A stretch of 64,000 nucleotides of DNA from assembly GCA_038207335.1 (NCBI GenBank), contig JBBQZX010000013.1, positions 1-64,000 on the forward strand, written 5' to 3'. Below the pieces are notes generated by a model. That model had not been told where the DNA came from. It did not search any database and saw nothing but the letters and a program-made list of their open reading frames with translations. The translations under genes were made by a program, and so were the position numbers. This DNA is from Chthoniobacterales bacterium. Lineage in GTDB: Bacteria > Verrucomicrobiota > Verrucomicrobiia > Chthoniobacterales > Chthoniobacteraceae. Below are positions 40,001-48,304 of this stretch, piece by piece (positions within the stretch are counted from its first letter, which is position 1; each line of letters begins with the position of its first letter).

Positions 40001-40209
40001 TGGGCGGCACAGCGGCGGGTGCCACCACGGGCACCGCTCCCTCCTCGCGAGCGAATCAGGCGATTTCAGGCTCATTCCCCGGTTCGACTTATTCCGGATC
40101 CGTGCAAACGCCGCAGATCGTTCGCCCGCAGCCGGCGACCAATCCAGGCACCGTTACCACAATCACCCCACTCCCCCAAGCGCCCCTACCGTCAAACATT
40201 GGGCGTTAG
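37051..40209 (+). CDS. Ser/Thr kinase - degenerate kinase-like domain - TM - TPR-like - FGE-sulfatase-like domain (kinase 1)
   Basis: VALK, RFLNEARAAA, HRDIQPGN, DFGLAK and SPEQ; TM near 38945-39000; RLPTDHEW, GLFDLAGNAAEW, RGGS and NGFRVV. Confidence 0.88.
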   Translation: MESPTLNYEHFQIETDITGAPVELDSNGQGVTYRAYDTRLRKTVALKIVRRELLQDDNNRKRFLNEARAAAALDHPNIARVIHLCPADADEFYYAMEIVDGEPLTQYIEREGPMPLDQALRTLQPIAEALIALGNQRFVHRDIQPGNIMLTTGAQGTPTVKLIDFGLAKSIGTQAGLLEVVNTAELRASSVYNLSPEQIHGNIAIDSRADFYALGITLWTLLTGHPPFVGSPFEVNEGHLHRELPWAELPNLPPPARGLLESILAKSASDRPADAHALCKMWEAAIASAGTGVMPMPRSAGRKKEASKEPAEETESATAVGNLRPLHEAPEGCSEPSPAGVLAEKERGGALFVVRTIPEQLSESVRDELLQATKASLDHPHPALLNAREIRGAQIVSDWRKGITAAKLIAIRRADIPHEVIRGWLPAVAQAVDWARENGVQRATYLPTNWLVEFLDAEVEETPLDRALREPGVWGRTAVRVDPLAGFDSLLLVAESDPNQTLLPGGGDPLTFPSAYISAFARGVREALGGHYRQEEAPLATISEAANALLLGAIKGRSGYETAEAWAAAFLASDESNVPVAPVPAAAITPGIHVAVRGLEGAMRRAPAAAKSGAAVGGFAQFWRSMPVAARWAAIVVALFLVGGLAWGFLASRARAQRDAVTVAPVVPPASPARQDLERAEGAFANGNRELAKGLLQDVRSNMQGNDAQDLEPRIAQLEQRMEATAPKPPRVTSMAERIEAATKDESFENALAMKFVPVPITGGETDGSRVLFASTETTVGVFEKFANKELWKRQPGQQENDPAVYLVPTDAEAFCRWMNKKYKLPGKWEYRLPTDHEWSCAAGIGDKEDAALPAKQQQPERKEYAWGAWPPKPASGNFADESFRSLPGVDPTASVVSGYNDGFAGTSPVGTFAVNRFGLFDLAGNAAEWCYDSTGYVLRGGSYYSSKKAELDLAARRIGETDSRQPMNGFRVVISDRIPPRPVGGTAAGATTGTAPSSRANQAISGSFPGSTYSGSVQTPQIVRPQPATNPGTVTTITPLPQAPLPSNIGR

Positions 40210-40222
40210 GCGTTTTCGGGAC

Positions 40223-41098
40223 TCAGCGGAGCGTGTGCAGCCCAGTCACAGGTGGGAATCCTTTCACCGCGTGGCTCCCCGGCACCGGATCGAGAATAAT
40301 GTCACTTTTCAAACGCTCCGCCGCCGCCGCGCTCATCAGAAATGGCAGACGGAGCCCGGCCGCGACTTTCTCCAGCCGAAAGCCGAGGGATAGATCGTCA
40401 CTCATCAGGCTCTCCTCGCCGAGCGAAGGCGCGCCGCCAATCGCGACATTTCCCCAATGCAGCGCGACCCGGTACGCGACTTTCGACTTCTCATGCAGCT
40501 CGCGAAATTCCCTCACCGCAGCCGCGACCCGCTTCGCCACGCCCTCGCCTTCGCGCCAGAACGCGAGAAATCCGTCGCCGGTGTATTTGTTGATTCGCCC
40601 GCCGTTTTTGCTCACGAGCTCGGAAGTCGCGGCGAGCCAGCCGCCGACGCGGATCGCGAGTTCGGCGGGCGGCATCGTTTTGCTCAGGGCCGAATATCCT
40701 TCGAGGTCGGCGATCAAAATCCAGCGCTCCTCGACGCGCACATCATGCGCGGTGGAGATGAGCAGTGACTGCGCGCGGATGAGCGCGGCGGTCGTCGTCT
40801 GGCGAAAAGTGAGTTCGACGCCATGTCCGAGATTCACAGAGTCCCCATCCTGCAGGCAGACCGGAGCGACGACTCGCTCCCTGTTGACGTATGTGCCGTT
40901 CGTGCTGCCGAGATCGACGATCCAAAACTCGCCGCTGTCCTGCGAGTGGATGAGCACATGGCGGCGCGAGACTTTATCGTGTGCAAAGCCGTATCGATTG
41001 ATCGTGCTGGCGCGGCCGAGCGACGAGGTGCCATTGAGCGGATACCGCTGGCCGGCGGTGTCCTCGAGCCACGGCGATTCAACCATTTCGGGAGGCAT
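40223..41098 (-). CDS. FHA domain + class III adenylate/guanylate cyclase
   Basis: FHA: LGR, VSRRH and DLGSTNGTYVN. Cyclase: IADLEGYS, KYTGDGFLAF, RVALHWG.V and FRLE. Confidence 0.88.
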   Translation of the reverse strand: MPPEMVESPWLEDTAGQRYPLNGTSSLGRASTINRYGFAHDKVSRRHVLIHSQDSGEFWIVDLGSTNGTYVNRERVVAPVCLQDGDSVNLGHGVELTFRQTTTAALIRAQSLLISTAHDVRVEERWILIADLEGYSALSKTMPPAELAIRVGGWLAATSELVSKNGGRINKYTGDGFLAFWREGEGVAKRVAAAVREFRELHEKSKVAYRVALHWGNVAIGGAPSLGEESLMSDDLSLGFRLEKVAAGLRLPFLMSAAAAERLKSDIILDPVPGSHAVKGFPPVTGLHTLR

Positions 41099-41188
41099 CG
41101 CGCATTCGATAGTGAGTGTGGGCAGGGAACGCAAGCGCGGCCTCGTGCGAGGCGCATCGCGGCGGAACGCCATCAGCTGCTGACTCCG

Positions 41189-43948
41189 ATGGCTTCGCTC
41201 AGGTACGGACACTTTCAGGTGGAGACGGATGCGGCGGGGCTGCCGGTCCGGCTAGGCCCCGGCAGCATGGGGACGACGTATCGCGCCCTCGATACGCATC
41301 TGCGGAAAACCGTGGCGCTAAAGGTGATCGACGAGCGGTTCCTCGCGAACCCCACAAGCCGCCGCCGCTTTTTCAACGAAGCGCGCACTGCCGCGCAGCT
41401 TGAGCATCCGAATATCGCGCGCGTTCTCTACCTCTGTCCGGAGGACGCGAAAACGTGCTTTTTCGCGATGGAGCTGGTCGATGGCGAGACGCTGGGTGAG
41501 CGCGTCGCGCGGCTTGGTCCGTGCTCGGCTTCCGAGGCGCTGGCGCTGCTGCGGCCAGTCGCGGATGCCCTGGCTTGCCTCGGCCGGCACAAGCTCGTGC
41601 ACCGGGATGTGAAGCCCGAAAATATCATGCTCGGGAAAGACCCGCGCGGGAATGTGCGCGTGAAGCTCATCGATTTCGGACTTGCGAAATCGGTCGATGC
41701 GCGAGCGAGCAGCATGGAGCCGGTGGAGAGCGGTGAGACATTTTTTGGAAGTTCGTATTTTGCGAGTCCCGAACAGGTGCGGTCCCGCGAGACGTTGGAT
41801 CACCGGAGCGACTTCTACTCGCTCGGAGCCACACTTTGGCACGCCCTCACGGGAGCTCCGCCGTTCACTGGAGCAACTTTCGAGGTTCATGAAGGGCACG
41901 TGAATCGCCAGCCGCCGTGGGAGAAAATCGGCACTCAGCCGGAGGCTGTGCGCGATCTTTTGAAAGCGCTGCTGGCCAAGGATGCCGCGGCGCGTCCGCG
42001 CGATGCGGCTGAACTCGCACGCCTATGGGATGCAGCCACGGTCGCCGTGGCCGTTGCAGTGCCCGCACCATCTCCAAAGCCTGCGGCGAAGCCAGTGCTG
42101 ACTTCACCGAGCGTCGGCAGTCGGCTGCGATGGAAGCGCGCGGAGGCCGTGCCGCACGGCTGCTCAGCTCCACCATTCTCCGGCTTCCTGGCGCGCGATG
42201 CCGAGACGAATGGGTGGTACTTCATCCGCCCGCTGCCGCCCGCGTTGCCAGAGTCGATTCGCGCGGAGATCGTAGATGGCGCAAGGCGCGCGCTCGACGC
42301 GCCACTGGAGGGGGCGCGACCGGTGCTGGAGGTGCTCGACGAGTGCATCGTCAGCGAATGGCGTCGCGGAGTGAGCCTCGCGCATTTTCTGGCGGTGGCA
42401 GGAAAAGGGCTGACGCTCGAACTCGTCCTTCCGTGGCTGCCGCCGATCGCGGAGGTTTTGGATTTTGCGACCGAGCACAGCCTCGGAGGCATCAGCCTCC
42501 AGCTCTCGAATGTCTGGCTGGAATTCGAGCAGAGTGCCGACGGCCGCGCGCCGCTGGAGATCGCCATGCTGCCGCCGGCGGAGTGGGGGAGGCATAGTGC
42601 GCGCATCGGCCTGCTGGGTGCATTCGATCCGATGCTTGAGTCGCTGGCCGTGCGGGGGATCGTGCCGGAAGCCGCGCCATCCGCCGCGGTCGCAGCCGAG
42701 CCGCTGCCGCATTTTGCGGCTCTTATTTATCGCGTGCTCGGCGGCGACGAATCGCCAACCGGCTCAGCGCTGGAGCCGATTCACGACCTCGACGGCGCGC
42801 GCAATCGCCTCCTCATCGAGACGATCGAAGGCCGTTCACAAATCACCACGGCGCGCGAATGGGTCGCCGCATTTTGCGAGGGGCGGCAACCTCAGCCTAT
42901 CGCAGCCGATCTCGTGCCTACGCCTTTGGAAAAGCGCGTAGCTCCGAGTCGCTGGCCGATTTTGGCGGGCGTCTGCGCGCTGGCTGTGACTTTGTTTTTC
43001 ATGCTGCGCGGCTCGGATGAAAAGCCCGCGCCCGCACCCGACCCCGAGCCCACCCCGCACGCGGACTGGAGAAGTGCAAAGCCGAGCGTGCCGACGCTCG
43101 ACGGTGGTACGCGCGTCGTGGAAAAAAAGCCCGCCGCGCCTGAGCAAGTCGAGATTCTACCCGCTCCAAAAGTCCTTACGCCCGAGTCCGCGCGCCCACC
43201 CGCCGACTTTGTGAACACGCTGGGGATGCGCTTTAAAAGCTGCCGCATCGTCGCCTCCGTCGAAAACGAAGCCATCCTCGTATCCGTCTGGGAAACGCGC
43301 CGCGCCGACTACGCGCCATTCGCGCGCGCCACCGGTCGCCCAATGCCCGCCACTTCCAACACTGGGCCCGCAGCCGGGCTCGATCCCGTCGCGGCGGTCT
43401 CGTGGAATGACTCGCGCGATTTCTGCGCGTGGCTCACTAACGACGAGATCGCCGCCGGGAAACTGGACGCTCACTGGCGCTACCGCCTGCCGACCGACCA
43501 CGAGTGGAGCAGTCTGATAGGCATTGCCGGGATGAACGACGAATGGCCCGGAATCCCGCTCTGGCAAAAGCATTTAAAGCTTCTCGGACGCTACATGTGG
43601 GGCTCCGACTGGCCGCCTCGCGCGCTTATCGGCAACATCGCGGATGTCTCTGCCGCTCGCGCGCACTCCGACTGGAAAACCGTGGGCGGATACGACGATG
43701 GCTTTCCGGAAGTCGCGTCCGTCGGCAGCTTTGCGCCGGATAAAAATGGCATCTTCGACCTCGTTGGAAACGTCATGGAATGGTGTGCGGACACGCCCGA
43801 ATTCGACCCGGGTAACAAAGTGCTCCGCGGCGGTTCGTTCGCGCGCGGAGACCGGCAAACGCTGCTCGCGTGCTTCCGCGTCGCCATGCTTCAAAACGCA
43901 AAGGCGACCGACGCCGGCTTCCGCATCGTCTTGGTGCAGCGAAAATAA
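41189..43948 (+). CDS. Ser/Thr kinase - degenerate kinase-like domain - TM - FGE-sulfatase-like domain (kinase 2)
   Basis: GPGSMG, VALK, HRDVKPEN, DFGLAK and SPEQ; TM WPILAGVCALAVTLFFML; RLPTDHEW, GNVMEW, RGGS and GFRIV. Confidence 0.9.
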   Translation: MASLRYGHFQVETDAAGLPVRLGPGSMGTTYRALDTHLRKTVALKVIDERFLANPTSRRRFFNEARTAAQLEHPNIARVLYLCPEDAKTCFFAMELVDGETLGERVARLGPCSASEALALLRPVADALACLGRHKLVHRDVKPENIMLGKDPRGNVRVKLIDFGLAKSVDARASSMEPVESGETFFGSSYFASPEQVRSRETLDHRSDFYSLGATLWHALTGAPPFTGATFEVHEGHVNRQPPWEKIGTQPEAVRDLLKALLAKDAAARPRDAAELARLWDAATVAVAVAVPAPSPKPAAKPVLTSPSVGSRLRWKRAEAVPHGCSAPPFSGFLARDAETNGWYFIRPLPPALPESIRAEIVDGARRALDAPLEGARPVLEVLDECIVSEWRRGVSLAHFLAVAGKGLTLELVLPWLPPIAEVLDFATEHSLGGISLQLSNVWLEFEQSADGRAPLEIAMLPPAEWGRHSARIGLLGAFDPMLESLAVRGIVPEAAPSAAVAAEPLPHFAALIYRVLGGDESPTGSALEPIHDLDGARNRLLIETIEGRSQITTAREWVAAFCEGRQPQPIAADLVPTPLEKRVAPSRWPILAGVCALAVTLFFMLRGSDEKPAPAPDPEPTPHADWRSAKPSVPTLDGGTRVVEKKPAAPEQVEILPAPKVLTPESARPPADFVNTLGMRFKSCRIVASVENEAILVSVWETRRADYAPFARATGRPMPATSNTGPAAGLDPVAAVSWNDSRDFCAWLTNDEIAAGKLDAHWRYRLPTDHEWSSLIGIAGMNDEWPGIPLWQKHLKLLGRYMWGSDWPPRALIGNIADVSAARAHSDWKTVGGYDDGFPEVASVGSFAPDKNGIFDLVGNVMEWCADTPEFDPGNKVLRGGSFARGDRQTLLACFRVAMLQNAKATDAGFRIVLVQRK

Positions 43949-44045
43949 CCGGCCCGACCGTCAAGCGCTTCTCGTCTTTTACGGCACCGCCTCCACATTC
44001 GGGATTGCCGCAAGGGTCCGAGGAAAGATAGCGTCCGCGTTCGCT

Positions 44046-47042
44046 ATGGGAGCCAAAGTTTCTCGGTTCGAACATTTCGAGATCCTAAAGGACGATAAGG
44101 GCGAACTTGTGAAGCTCGGTCCGGGCGGGATGGGCACCACTTATCGCGCTTACGACCTGCATCTTCGCAAGCTCGTCGCCCTCAAGATCATTAACGACCG
44201 CACGCTCCCCGACCCGTCTGCGCGCCGCCGTTTTTTTAATGAAGCGCGCGCCGCCGCCTCCATCGATCATCCGAACGTCGCGCGTGTCATTTACCTCTGT
44301 CCCGAAGACGCGGCGGAGTGCTCTTTCGCCATGGAACTCGTCGAGGGCGAAACCCTCGCCCGGCGCATCACAGATCACGGCCCGCTGGCCCCCGGCGAAG
44401 CACTCGTGCTGCTGCGCCCCATCGCCGATGCGCTTATCGCTCTCGGTGCGCGGGCGCTCGTCCATCGAGACATCAAGCCGGAAAACATCATGTCCACGAA
44501 GTCGGCGGAAGGGCAGGGGGAACTGAAGCTCATCGATTTCGGCCTCGCGAAAACGGTCGCCGAAAACTCCAGCATCTTTGAGTCCGTCCACACCGGCGAG
44601 CGCTTCGTTGGGAGCGTTTATTTCGCAAGCCCGGAGCAGATTCGGCCAAAGGAAGGCATCGATTGCCGGAGCGATTTCTATTCGCTCGGCGCCACGCTTT
44701 GGTACGTCGTCACCGGCGCGCCGCCCTTTACGGGCACCGCGTTCGAGGTCCAGGAGGCTCACATTTACAAGGAGCCGCCTTGGGAGAAAATCGCGGATTT
44801 TCCCGAGCCCATCATCGACATCCTCCGCACGCTCCTCGCCAAAGAAGCGGCGGACCGACCGGCCACCGCCACCGCCCTCGTTGCACAGTGGGACGGCGCG
44901 ATCGCCGGCATCGAGAGCTTTCCCACCCGCATCGAGCCCTCGCGCAAAGCTACCTCACCTCCCGCTCCCGTCCCCGCCTCCCCCACCATCCTCTCCAGCG
45001 CACTCCTGCCCGACGAAGCCGCGCTCCCTCCGCACTCCGGCAGCCTCTCGCGCGACCCGACGACCGGCGCGATGCAGTTCGTCCGCCCCATACCGTCCGG
45101 CATCGGTGCCGAGCTGCTCTCCACCCTCACCCGCGCCGCGCAAACCGCCCAGTCCTCACCGCACCCCGGCCTCCTCTCCATCCGCTCTGTCAGCGACACC
45201 TGCATCGTCAGCGACTGGCCCGCCGCCGTCACCGCCGCGCAAATCGCCAAGTGGCACCGCGGAGCCCCCTTCTCGAAGCTCGTATTCCGCTGGCTGCCCG
45301 CCATCGCCGCCGCCATCGACTTCGGACGCGCCCGCGGCCTCGCCCACCTCGGCCTCCAGCCCGAGCGCATCCTCGTCGGTATCGACTTCAGCGCCGGCGG
45401 CTCCCTCCAGGCCATCGACCTCGCCGCGTGGGAAAATGCGCGCGTCTGGCTAGACCCGCTCGCCGGCTTCGATGTCGGGCTCGTCGCCGCAGCCAAGGGT
45501 ACCGAAGCGGGCGGCATCGGACGGCGCGTCCCCGCCTGCACCACCGTGCGCGAATACATCGCCGCACTCGCCCGCTGCATTCGCGACTTCGCGGGCGGCG
45601 GCACCGAGGGCCGGCCCCTCCCTTCCAACGCCTTCAACGAAACCCGCTCCCGGATGCTCTCCGAGGCCATCAACTACCGGTCCAGCGCCTCCTCCGTCGC
45701 CGAATGGGCCGCCGCATTCGCCTCCACCCCTCAACCCGCCAGCGAGCACCCCGCCTCCGCCATCGTCACCCCCGTCATCGCTACTTCCGCGGCCAAGGCC
45801 CCGCCGACTCCCGGCACCCCCGCCGTCCCGAGCCCCGCACCCGCGACTGCTCCTACCTCTTCTCCTGCGGCATCGTCACCTCGGGCGAAAGTCGCGCGGC
45901 GTGGCAATCGCAAATCCCGCAAAATCGGCATCGCCCTCGCCACACTCACCGTTTTGGGGATGCTAGTCGGGGCCGTCTGGATCTTTGTCTTCTCCCCTGA
46001 CCACGAGAGCGAGGAATTCCGCGCCGTCATGGCCTCCGCTGAGACCGCCCTCGCCGCCGGCGACCACGACCGCGCCACCACCCGGGCCAATTCCGCCGCC
46101 CGCATCAACCCCAAGAACAAGCGCCTCCTCGCCCTCATGGAGCGCCTCAAGCCTGCCCCCCCACCTGCCCCGACGCCCCAGCCCATCATCGCGAAAACCG
46201 CCACACCCGCGCCCGTCCGCCCCGCCACCCCCGCCGACGCCACCCTGGCAGCCCCCTTCACCAATGAACTCGGCATGAGATTCGTCCCAGTGAAGATCAC
46301 CGGCCCGGCTGCGGGCGGGCACCCAGTCCTCTTCTCCATCTACGAGACCCGCCTCAAGGAATTCGAGCACTTTGCAAAGAAAGACGCCTGGCAGCGCCAG
46401 TCTTTCCAGATCAGCGGCGACGAACCGGCCGTCAATCTCGTTCCCGCCGACGCCGAGGCCTTCTGCCGCTGGCTGAATAAGCACTACCCACTCCCCGCCA
46501 AATGGGAATACCGCCTCCCCACCGACCACGAGTGGAGCTGCGCCGCCGGCATCGGCACCGATGAAGACACCGAGGCCGCCAACGGCACCCGTCCCCCGGC
46601 GGCGAAGCGCTTCACTTGGGGCGCCACTTGGCCCCCCGACCGCCCCGTCGGCAACTTCGCCGACCAGACCTTCGCCCGCACCGCCGCCGGACGTGAGCAC
46701 CTCGCTGGCTACGACGACGGCTTCGCCGGCACCTCCCCCGCAGGCACATTCCCCCCCAACGACCTCGGCCTCTTCGACCTCCAGGGCAACGCCGCCGAGT
46801 GGTGCTTCGACTCCACCCAATACCGTCTCCGCGGCGGCTCCTACCTCAGCGCCACGAAATCCGAGATCGACCTCACCTCTCGCGGCTTCGGCGAATCCGA
46901 CGCCCGCAAATCCATGAACGGCTTCCGCGTCGTCATCGCCGAAAGCAACGCCGCCTCCCAGCGAGACGGACGCTCCACCAAAATCCAGGGCGCCTTCCCG
47001 CCCACCTCCGCCCCCATGCCACCCTGGATCCTCACGAGGTAA
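44046..47042 (+). CDS. Ser/Thr kinase - degenerate kinase-like domain - TM - TPR-like - FGE-sulfatase-like domain (kinase 3)
   Basis: GPGGMG, VALK, HRDIKPEN, DFGLAK and SPEQ; TM IGIALATLTVLGMLVGAVWIFVF; RLPTDHEW, GNAAEW, RGGS and NGFRVV. Confidence 0.9.
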   Translation: MGAKVSRFEHFEILKDDKGELVKLGPGGMGTTYRAYDLHLRKLVALKIINDRTLPDPSARRRFFNEARAAASIDHPNVARVIYLCPEDAAECSFAMELVEGETLARRITDHGPLAPGEALVLLRPIADALIALGARALVHRDIKPENIMSTKSAEGQGELKLIDFGLAKTVAENSSIFESVHTGERFVGSVYFASPEQIRPKEGIDCRSDFYSLGATLWYVVTGAPPFTGTAFEVQEAHIYKEPPWEKIADFPEPIIDILRTLLAKEAADRPATATALVAQWDGAIAGIESFPTRIEPSRKATSPPAPVPASPTILSSALLPDEAALPPHSGSLSRDPTTGAMQFVRPIPSGIGAELLSTLTRAAQTAQSSPHPGLLSIRSVSDTCIVSDWPAAVTAAQIAKWHRGAPFSKLVFRWLPAIAAAIDFGRARGLAHLGLQPERILVGIDFSAGGSLQAIDLAAWENARVWLDPLAGFDVGLVAAAKGTEAGGIGRRVPACTTVREYIAALARCIRDFAGGGTEGRPLPSNAFNETRSRMLSEAINYRSSASSVAEWAAAFASTPQPASEHPASAIVTPVIATSAAKAPPTPGTPAVPSPAPATAPTSSPAASSPRAKVARRGNRKSRKIGIALATLTVLGMLVGAVWIFVFSPDHESEEFRAVMASAETALAAGDHDRATTRANSAARINPKNKRLLALMERLKPAPPPAPTPQPIIAKTATPAPVRPATPADATLAAPFTNELGMRFVPVKITGPAAGGHPVLFSIYETRLKEFEHFAKKDAWQRQSFQISGDEPAVNLVPADAEAFCRWLNKHYPLPAKWEYRLPTDHEWSCAAGIGTDEDTEAANGTRPPAAKRFTWGATWPPDRPVGNFADQTFARTAAGREHLAGYDDGFAGTSPAGTFPPNDLGLFDLQGNAAEWCFDSTQYRLRGGSYLSATKSEIDLTSRGFGESDARKSMNGFRVVIAESNAASQRDGRSTKIQGAFPPTSAPMPPWILTR

Positions 47043-47170
47043 AATCGCACATCTTCTCCCTTGGATGACAGCGTGAAAATCGCGCCTAACACCGGCTGCG
47101 CTGAGCTTGATATCTCTGGCTGTCGGGGCCAGAGTCGGGCAGAGCGGAGCACTCAGAGACGAACGAACTC

Positions 47171-47869
47171 ATGAATAACCATTCCTTACCGACGCGGATA
47201 ATGTTTGCGGCGGCTATGGCTGTCGTGTTTGTCGGGTTCGGTCGAGTGTCGGTGGCGGCGCAGCCTATGGGCGCGCAGCCGTCGAAGACGGCGGCGGATG
47301 AGAAGTGGCGGACTCAATTTCAAGCCCCGAAGACGCCGCCGGGGCAGGGTACGCCTGCGGCGACACCCTCACCGGAGACGGGGAAGGTGACTTACACGCT
47401 GCAAATGCCGAAAGAGCCAACGGAGGAGGAGCGGAAGTTGTTCGACCAGATCGATCATTCGATGCAGGCGGCGATCGGCTTCTACAATCACTACACAAAG
47501 CTGCGGAAGCACCTGACGGTCACCTACAATGCCGGCGTGCCGACGGCGGATGGGAATATCAACGGCTCGATCCGGGTCGGTGGGCAGCGCAATACGCGGG
47601 TGCTGCTCCACGAGATGGGCCACTGCATGGGGGTGGGGCAGCACCACAACTGGGGCAAGCTAATGGTCAATGGCCTCTGGCAGGGAGACCGCGCGAACAA
47701 GCTCCTGCAGGAGCTGACAAACGACCCGAACGCACAGCTCCACGGCGACCGGATGCACTTCTGGCCGTATGGGCTGAACTTCGACAACGAGGTGAAGTCG
47801 GACGAGGACATGATCCGCCATGCAAAGCTCGTGGAGGCGATGGTGAAGGACATGGACGCCGCGAGGTGA
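47171..47869 (+). CDS. Secreted protein with zincin-like HExxH motif (putative metalloprotease)
   Basis: Signal peptide; GVPTADG, LLHEMGHCMGVG and HFWPYGLN. Confidence 0.7.
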   Translation: MNNHSLPTRIMFAAAMAVVFVGFGRVSVAAQPMGAQPSKTAADEKWRTQFQAPKTPPGQGTPAATPSPETGKVTYTLQMPKEPTEEERKLFDQIDHSMQAAIGFYNHYTKLRKHLTVTYNAGVPTADGNINGSIRVGGQRNTRVLLHEMGHCMGVGQHHNWGKLMVNGLWQGDRANKLLQELTNDPNAQLHGDRMHFWPYGLNFDNEVKSDEDMIRHAKLVEAMVKDMDAAR

Positions 47870-48103
47870 GGGATGGTCGCGGTCTCAAGCCTCGTCTTAC
47901 AGCGTCGGGTTGGGCTTCCACGGCGCAGGAGCAGCCGATAGCGGCAATACCGTCACGCGAGCTGACACGGATTACCAAGTGTCCGGCAGCTCTGTGACTG
48001 GCGGCCACGGGAACATCCCTTAAATCGCCATACTAGGTCGGTAGTTTTGAAAATAGAGGTGGTCGCCCTAAGGGGGAGGTCAATTGATCGCGCGGAGAGG
48101 CAG

Positions 48104-48304
48104 TTATTTCGTCGGAGATCCCATCTGTGCCGTGCGAGGAGGGTGCTGTACCGACAAAGAACCCCGCTGTACCGTCCGAGGAGGCCGTTGTACCGGGTAC
48201 AGCAGCCTTCTTTGACGGTATAGATGAGATTTTCCCGGTACAGCACCCTTCTCGGACGGTACAGGAGGGTATTTTTACGGTACAGATAAGAGTAAATCGC
48301 GCAG
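48104..48304. repeat. Inverted array of 21-bp-period repeats with CTGTACCG core
   Basis: Core at 48125, 48146, 48167 and 48188, then reverse-complement core (CGGTACAG) at 48195, 48216, 48236, 48257 and 48278. Confidence 0.85.

Noticed and set aside
39840..46940. Diversity-generating retroelement acting on the FGE/C-type-lectin-like kinase tails
   Set aside because: No reverse transcriptase or non-coding template repeat is in the window, and differences between the paralog tails are not adenine-specific. A remote DGR cannot be excluded.
47083..47120. Integron attC site (GCCTAAC here; GTTAGGC at 40205)
   Set aside because: No matching partner box at attC distance and no integron integrase.
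48104..48304. CRISPR array
   Set aside because: The core is only 8 bp with 13-bp spacers, orientation flips midway, and there are no cas genes.
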